A stretch of DNA of 64,000 nucleotides. It comes from Raillietiella orientalis. Lineage: Eukaryota. Below the pieces are notes generated by a model. That model saw nothing but the letters and a program-made list of their open reading frames with translations. It ran no database searches and had not been told where the DNA came from. The DNA is taken from positions 248,001-312,000 of the forward strand of contig JAYWIR010000042.1 in the NCBI GenBank assembly GCA_036172245.1. Direction: 5' to 3'. The position numbers and the translations under genes were made by a program. Shown in pieces: positions 59,276 to 64,000 of the stretch. Position 1 is the stretch's first letter. Each line of letters opens with the position of its first letter.

Positions 59276-59789
59276 GATAGAACGAGCCGGTCGCAAATTG
59301 GAATCCTGCAATTCTTTGCCACACTCGGAGGCCCTTGATGCCTCTCAAATTTCACTCCAAGGTACGCACTGAAGCACCTCCGCAAAGACTGCCACTGAAA
59401 CAAAGAAGCGAAAAATTCACCATCTTCTGCTAGGCTGACTGAACTTTCACCTGAAATGCAGCGTGCTCCGGGTTAGCAAACCTCCCTGATGTATCCTAGT
59501 AACGCGTCCGACTGCTCATGAGAATGGGTCTCCCTCTACTTTAGAACGCTCTTACAATGAATGGTGGGAAAGTCTATCTGCCAGGGCAAGAACTGATTTC
59601 CCCAGATCACGGAGATCACCTTTGCCATGACTTATGTTGAGCGATGCAGAGGGTCATCTTCTATCCTCAAGTAGGCAAGGTAGTCTCTTTGTTCATTTCT
59701 GAGAAGCGATATTTTGTTTTCGAACAAATTATTTTATACCGCATCCTGCAACTTTTGATCTCCTGATTTCTAAGTTCATGAGTCGAGAG

Positions 59790-60700
59790 CTAGATCACCC
59801 ATCCAACCATAGGGGCACCCATAGCAAGAGCTTTTTAATTCTTGTCCGAGCTTGAATTTGCCATAAAGAAAGATCACTTAAGACGAAGAACATAACGTAC
59901 AGGACAATCCCATTTGGAGCTCCACTCTTTCCACTCCAGATACTCTTAGCATCCATACCATCTTAACGGGAGAAGCTGCCCATTGCGGAGGAACGGCAAT
60001 TCATTCCAGTCGGACGGTCAACTCAAATATTGGCGGACATAATGGAACAGAGGTTCATGGTTGGATCCTGGCAGAATGTACTCAAGGCTAGGGTTATATC
60101 CAGGTCGCAATGAGCAACACTCATTCCTTCTAAGGAGCTCTTCGTTCACCTCGACATTCCAAAGACAAACAGAAAACCCTTGGGGCTGATTCGTTCCGGG
60201 ACCTGATCTTTCGAGCGACCAGAAAATACTTGGAAAAAAAAAAAAAGTACTCCGGAAAGTTACTTGAAAGGCTGGTAAGTCAGTCGGGAAGCCTGCCAGA
60301 AAAACACGCGGAAGACTAGATCTTGTGTGTGCAAATGAAATGGTACTGAGGGTGTGGAGATATGAGTGCAACATATTCTGATGACTACGCCAATCAGGGT
60401 CAGCTGCGGAGACATGACAGTAAAGGGCGGCAGCTCCTGTCGAAGAGACTGATGGGAAACAAAAGCTCACTCTGGTTGGGAATTCACATTCCAAGGGAGA
60501 GGAATGCTTCCAGTTTCATCGGCCGTATCTGTGGTAACGTTTCAAGTGCCTGCACGGTCGGTTTCCATGAGAAGATCGCCCATCTCAACGCGCGAACGGG
60601 AAGCTTCAGTAGTCTACAGAAGTCCATCTGCCGCTGTCTTTCGATTGAATGAGCTCTTTGAAAGCAGACTTTCATCTGAAAGAAACGCATCGCACAGATG
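59790..60700 (+). mobile_element. Decayed CR1/L2-like ORF2
   Basis: PSNHRG, GHNGTEVHGWI and LWLGIHIPRERNASSFIGRICGNVS (like YLGI-I---L-W--HI--IC-K-S). Confidence 0.45.
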
Positions 60701-61929
60701 CATACCCTATGATTTCCACCTAGGAAGTGTTGCAGGATAGAGCGGCTACACAATGAAGATGAACAAGAGGCGAAAAGGCATCTCACAAGAGGCGTAGAAG
60801 GACGTCCATTCGTTGTGTGCGCTCGCTATCTTAGGTAACACCAGCATAATGCGAAGAGGATTAAAGATGTGATCCAGCCACCAGATGATTTCGCTCCCGA
60901 ATTTTTTGCGGTTCCACTCACCGCCCAAGTTTTCGAGAGAAAGTCTAAGCGCTAAAAGAAAACAAACAGAAGGGCTGTGCGAAAGCGAGAAATCTCTCTC
61001 GCCCTCGGAGCAGAGAAGGCACTCTCAAAGAAGGAACCCAGTTCGCAACGTACCTCTTGCCTCCACAGAAGACAACGGGATATGCAGCTCCAAGCGAAAG
61101 TCTTGGCACGTTCAGCTCGCCAAACTTCAGCTGCAAGACTCACTCTGTGTACGACGCTCCGACATCGGGAAGCCTGTGGTTGCTCACGGGATCTCCACTA
61201 TCCTCTTTCTTGACCTCGACGATATTCGAGCATCCTATGATGTCCTGCCTTAACGAGAAGCAGTCGAGGGTCCTGCATCTCGGCCATACCCAGTGGCACA
61301 ATTGGAAGGTTTTCACAGCAGCGAATCGAATCGTACTGAGAGCGAATGCGGAAATTGGCGTTTGAAAGGAATAGCGTGCTGAAGAGAACATCAAGTCCAC
61401 TTCTAAGTGATCAGGGCTCTAACCACACTCTCATGGCTGAATTGACCTTCTAAATCCTTGCTTTTTTGTTGGGCGCGGGGGATCACAACCGAGCGTTCCG
61501 GATTCTTTTTTTTTGCAAGTGCATGTGAGAGAGAAGTGATACATCGGTGAGAGCACATTGCAAGCGCTGGAGATGACGAATTCAGACGTCTGGGATTCTC
61601 GCAGCAACCGAAACTTCAGTGTTCAAAAGTTCAGGCGGGTGCAGCGGTACCATTAGGACGAGAAAGCGATTCTCAGCAGCAACTGCAGATGTGTTCCGTT
61701 CAGTTCTTATTCAATACTGCTGGATCCTAGATTAGTCCTCTACCGTGAAAAAATTGTCCGTCTGTCTGGAATCAAAGAATTTGAATCATTCAGAGTTCCG
61801 TACTCGATATCCAGACATATCAAGAGAATCTTCAAGGAGAAACTCCTGGAGAGAGGGGGGGGAATGACCATAATTTTCATGGGATGAAGCCGCTAAAAGT
61901 TGGAAGAACTCCAAGCACACCGATTGGCT

Positions 61930-62900
61930 GTTGTGCGTTGTAATCAATTTGATCTGCATCAGAAAACTACTCAGCTTTGAGGAGACCATAGGTGACCAAA
62001 AGCACGGTTTCTATGCACGTCCGAATGTATGCAAATCATTAGGAAAACAGAGTTCTCGTTCAAGTGCTGGATTTGCTCTCGCGCTGATGCAGGGATTATC
62101 AGGATTTCACTTTGGTTCTTGGGTCTAGACACATTAATTTGTACAGAGGCTATCCCAAGAACCAGGAAAGCAGGCAGAAGGACTGAAGGAAGGATCCTGA
62201 AGAATGAGTATAGTCACATGATTTCTGCTGTTCACACCACTCGAATGAAAAGGATCTTCATCCGAAAAATGAAAACGCATCCCTGGAGTTTTGTTCATAG
62301 GGCTCAGATCAGTGCTTCGGATTTTCCCATCACATAAAAGGAGATTTGAAATCACTCGAGGAAAAACAGAATTCTGCCCCTGGATGTTTCGTATGTGGAG
62401 ACACAGGACGGCCGCAGTCAGTCAGGGCACTGAGCTTGATGATGGGCAGCCAGGGAGAAAGAAAAAAACGTGCTAAAGTTTTCGATACAATGGAGCACAC
62501 AGTCACAAGGTTCCGAGAAGATCTTGCAAGGAGAGAGGCAACCAGCAACTTCCATGCATTAGAAACGTGGTCCCACTCAGTACCCATGCTGCAAGAGCGA
62601 GATCGTCCTGCCCTTCCAATTTCGTGATTCCGGTGGACAGTTTCGGCGATTCTCATACATCATGCTCTTGCTAGACTATTCCCCTATTTCCCGCGGTGGT
62701 GAGCCTCTTCTTCGTCCGCTTCAACTATGATCACCCATGCCACAATACCGCTGAAGATACAGTGCATCACCGTCGTGGTGGTGATGCTAACGTTCTCCAA
62801 GAAAAAAAGCAGGCCTCCAAGCTGGTCCACGCGAAGAGTTTTTTGGAAGTGTCTTATACCATCCGGCAAAAAAACAAAGAATGAAAGCAGTTTTCAATTC
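61930..62900 (+). mobile_element. Decayed CR1-like ORF2
   Basis: IGDQKHGFYARP (like QHGF), CFVCGDT (like LFADDT) and PLKIQCITVV...STRRVFWK. Confidence 0.45.
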
Positions 62901-63458
62901 GAGAAAAACTGCAGTCATACAAACGCAACGAGCATCTTTATCTGAAGAAAGATTTGCTGGGCATCAATCCCTAGACATCGGGAAATAGCGCTTGCCACTT
63001 TCATATGAACGAAAGATGCAAAAACTCCTGAAGTTTTCATTTGGGGAGAATGGAAGGCTCCGATTCTGTGGGAAGAAGGAAAGACTAGAGAAGACCCATT
63101 AAAGGAGATGGACTGAAGAGGAACACTCAGAACAAAGAGGAAACGGAAACTTAGCTAAACAACTCTTTCGTGACCAAAAAGTGGTACACACAATGGTAAA
63201 CGGCCATAAGAAGAATCGAAAAACACGCCTCAGGCACGCCAAAGAACCTTCTAGAGTTAGAGGGGAGAAGACTAACCCCGGTTATCCCATGCTATGGATC
63301 TACTTTGAATCTACTCCATGGAGCAACATGAAATGAAGACTTGAGTCGCCGAGTGCATGGATCCTCAGATGTTTGTGGACCTACCTTTCAGATCCGAGGA
63401 GAGAATACCCAAGATCAACCCGTTCAGGAATGGGATTTTCGGGCATCGAAACTGACCT

Positions 63459-63600
63459 GCGTTGGCGGGCGTGGTGGCTACGGCCTCCGCGTGCGCTATC
63501 AAGCGCTGAGGGTTCGAATACCCGTAAAGGATCGACGCCGCGTCGGAACATCAGACCCAGCATTCCTCACGCTGGAGAGGATGGAGTGGCAGCTCCAGTT
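63459..63600 (+). mobile_element. tRNA-like head of the same SINE-like family
   Basis: gcgttggcgggcgtggtggctacggcctccgcgtgcgctatcaagcgctgagggttcgaatac aligns with 42045-42105. Confidence 0.55.
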
Positions 63601-64000
63601 GAGAAGGCTAGCCCTAGAGGCGAAGTTTTCGATGACCCATTGGTGCATCCCAGACAGACTCCTGGCCAAGCGAGCAGCCGGCGCCGAGGGACTCGGGACG
63701 TTCCTCGCGCATGGCCAGAGAGGTTGCCCCGATGCGGGTTCCAACTCGGGCAAATGGTTGCCTGGGTCCAGCAGAACAGATGGATTTCCTGCCTCCCCGC
63801 CAACTGTAGTGCCTAGAAACAGCAAACAGTTCAGGAGTGGACGAAAGGAAATGGCACGAGCCTGGAACCAACGCGATGCCTGCGATTCTCGAACTGCGCT
63901 CGCTGCTCGTTGCAGGAAATCATGGACTGCCCACGGAAGACCACCTGCGGGCGGGACACCTCGCTTGCGGCCACGCCGGGCACCATGTGATAAAGTGGAA

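Overview
Eukaryotic, probably arthropod, genomic DNA. The only protein-coding gene I can support is a + strand, multi-exon class B1 (secretin-family) GPCR of the calcitonin/DH31-receptor type. Nine coding exons from 21490 to 45790 splice in phase at GT-AG junctions, and the C-terminus is uncertain (stop possibly at 46048). Candidate 5' non-coding exons lie in a very GC-rich region near 11-13 kb. The rest is mostly decayed mobile DNA: many LINE fragments, a tRNA-headed SINE-like family, Tc1, pogo and mariner remnants, a possible Polinton/Maverick remnant and two minisatellites. The most striking item is a ~265-bp AT-rich, pseudogenised fragment of bacterial DNA topoisomerase I (topA, Wolbachia/Rickettsiales-like from memory) inside a receptor intron, a candidate endosymbiont-to-host transfer. 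I found no intact novel multi-gene system. Most ORFs in the track are chance ORFs of GC-rich DNA. All homology calls were made by eye and need database confirmation.
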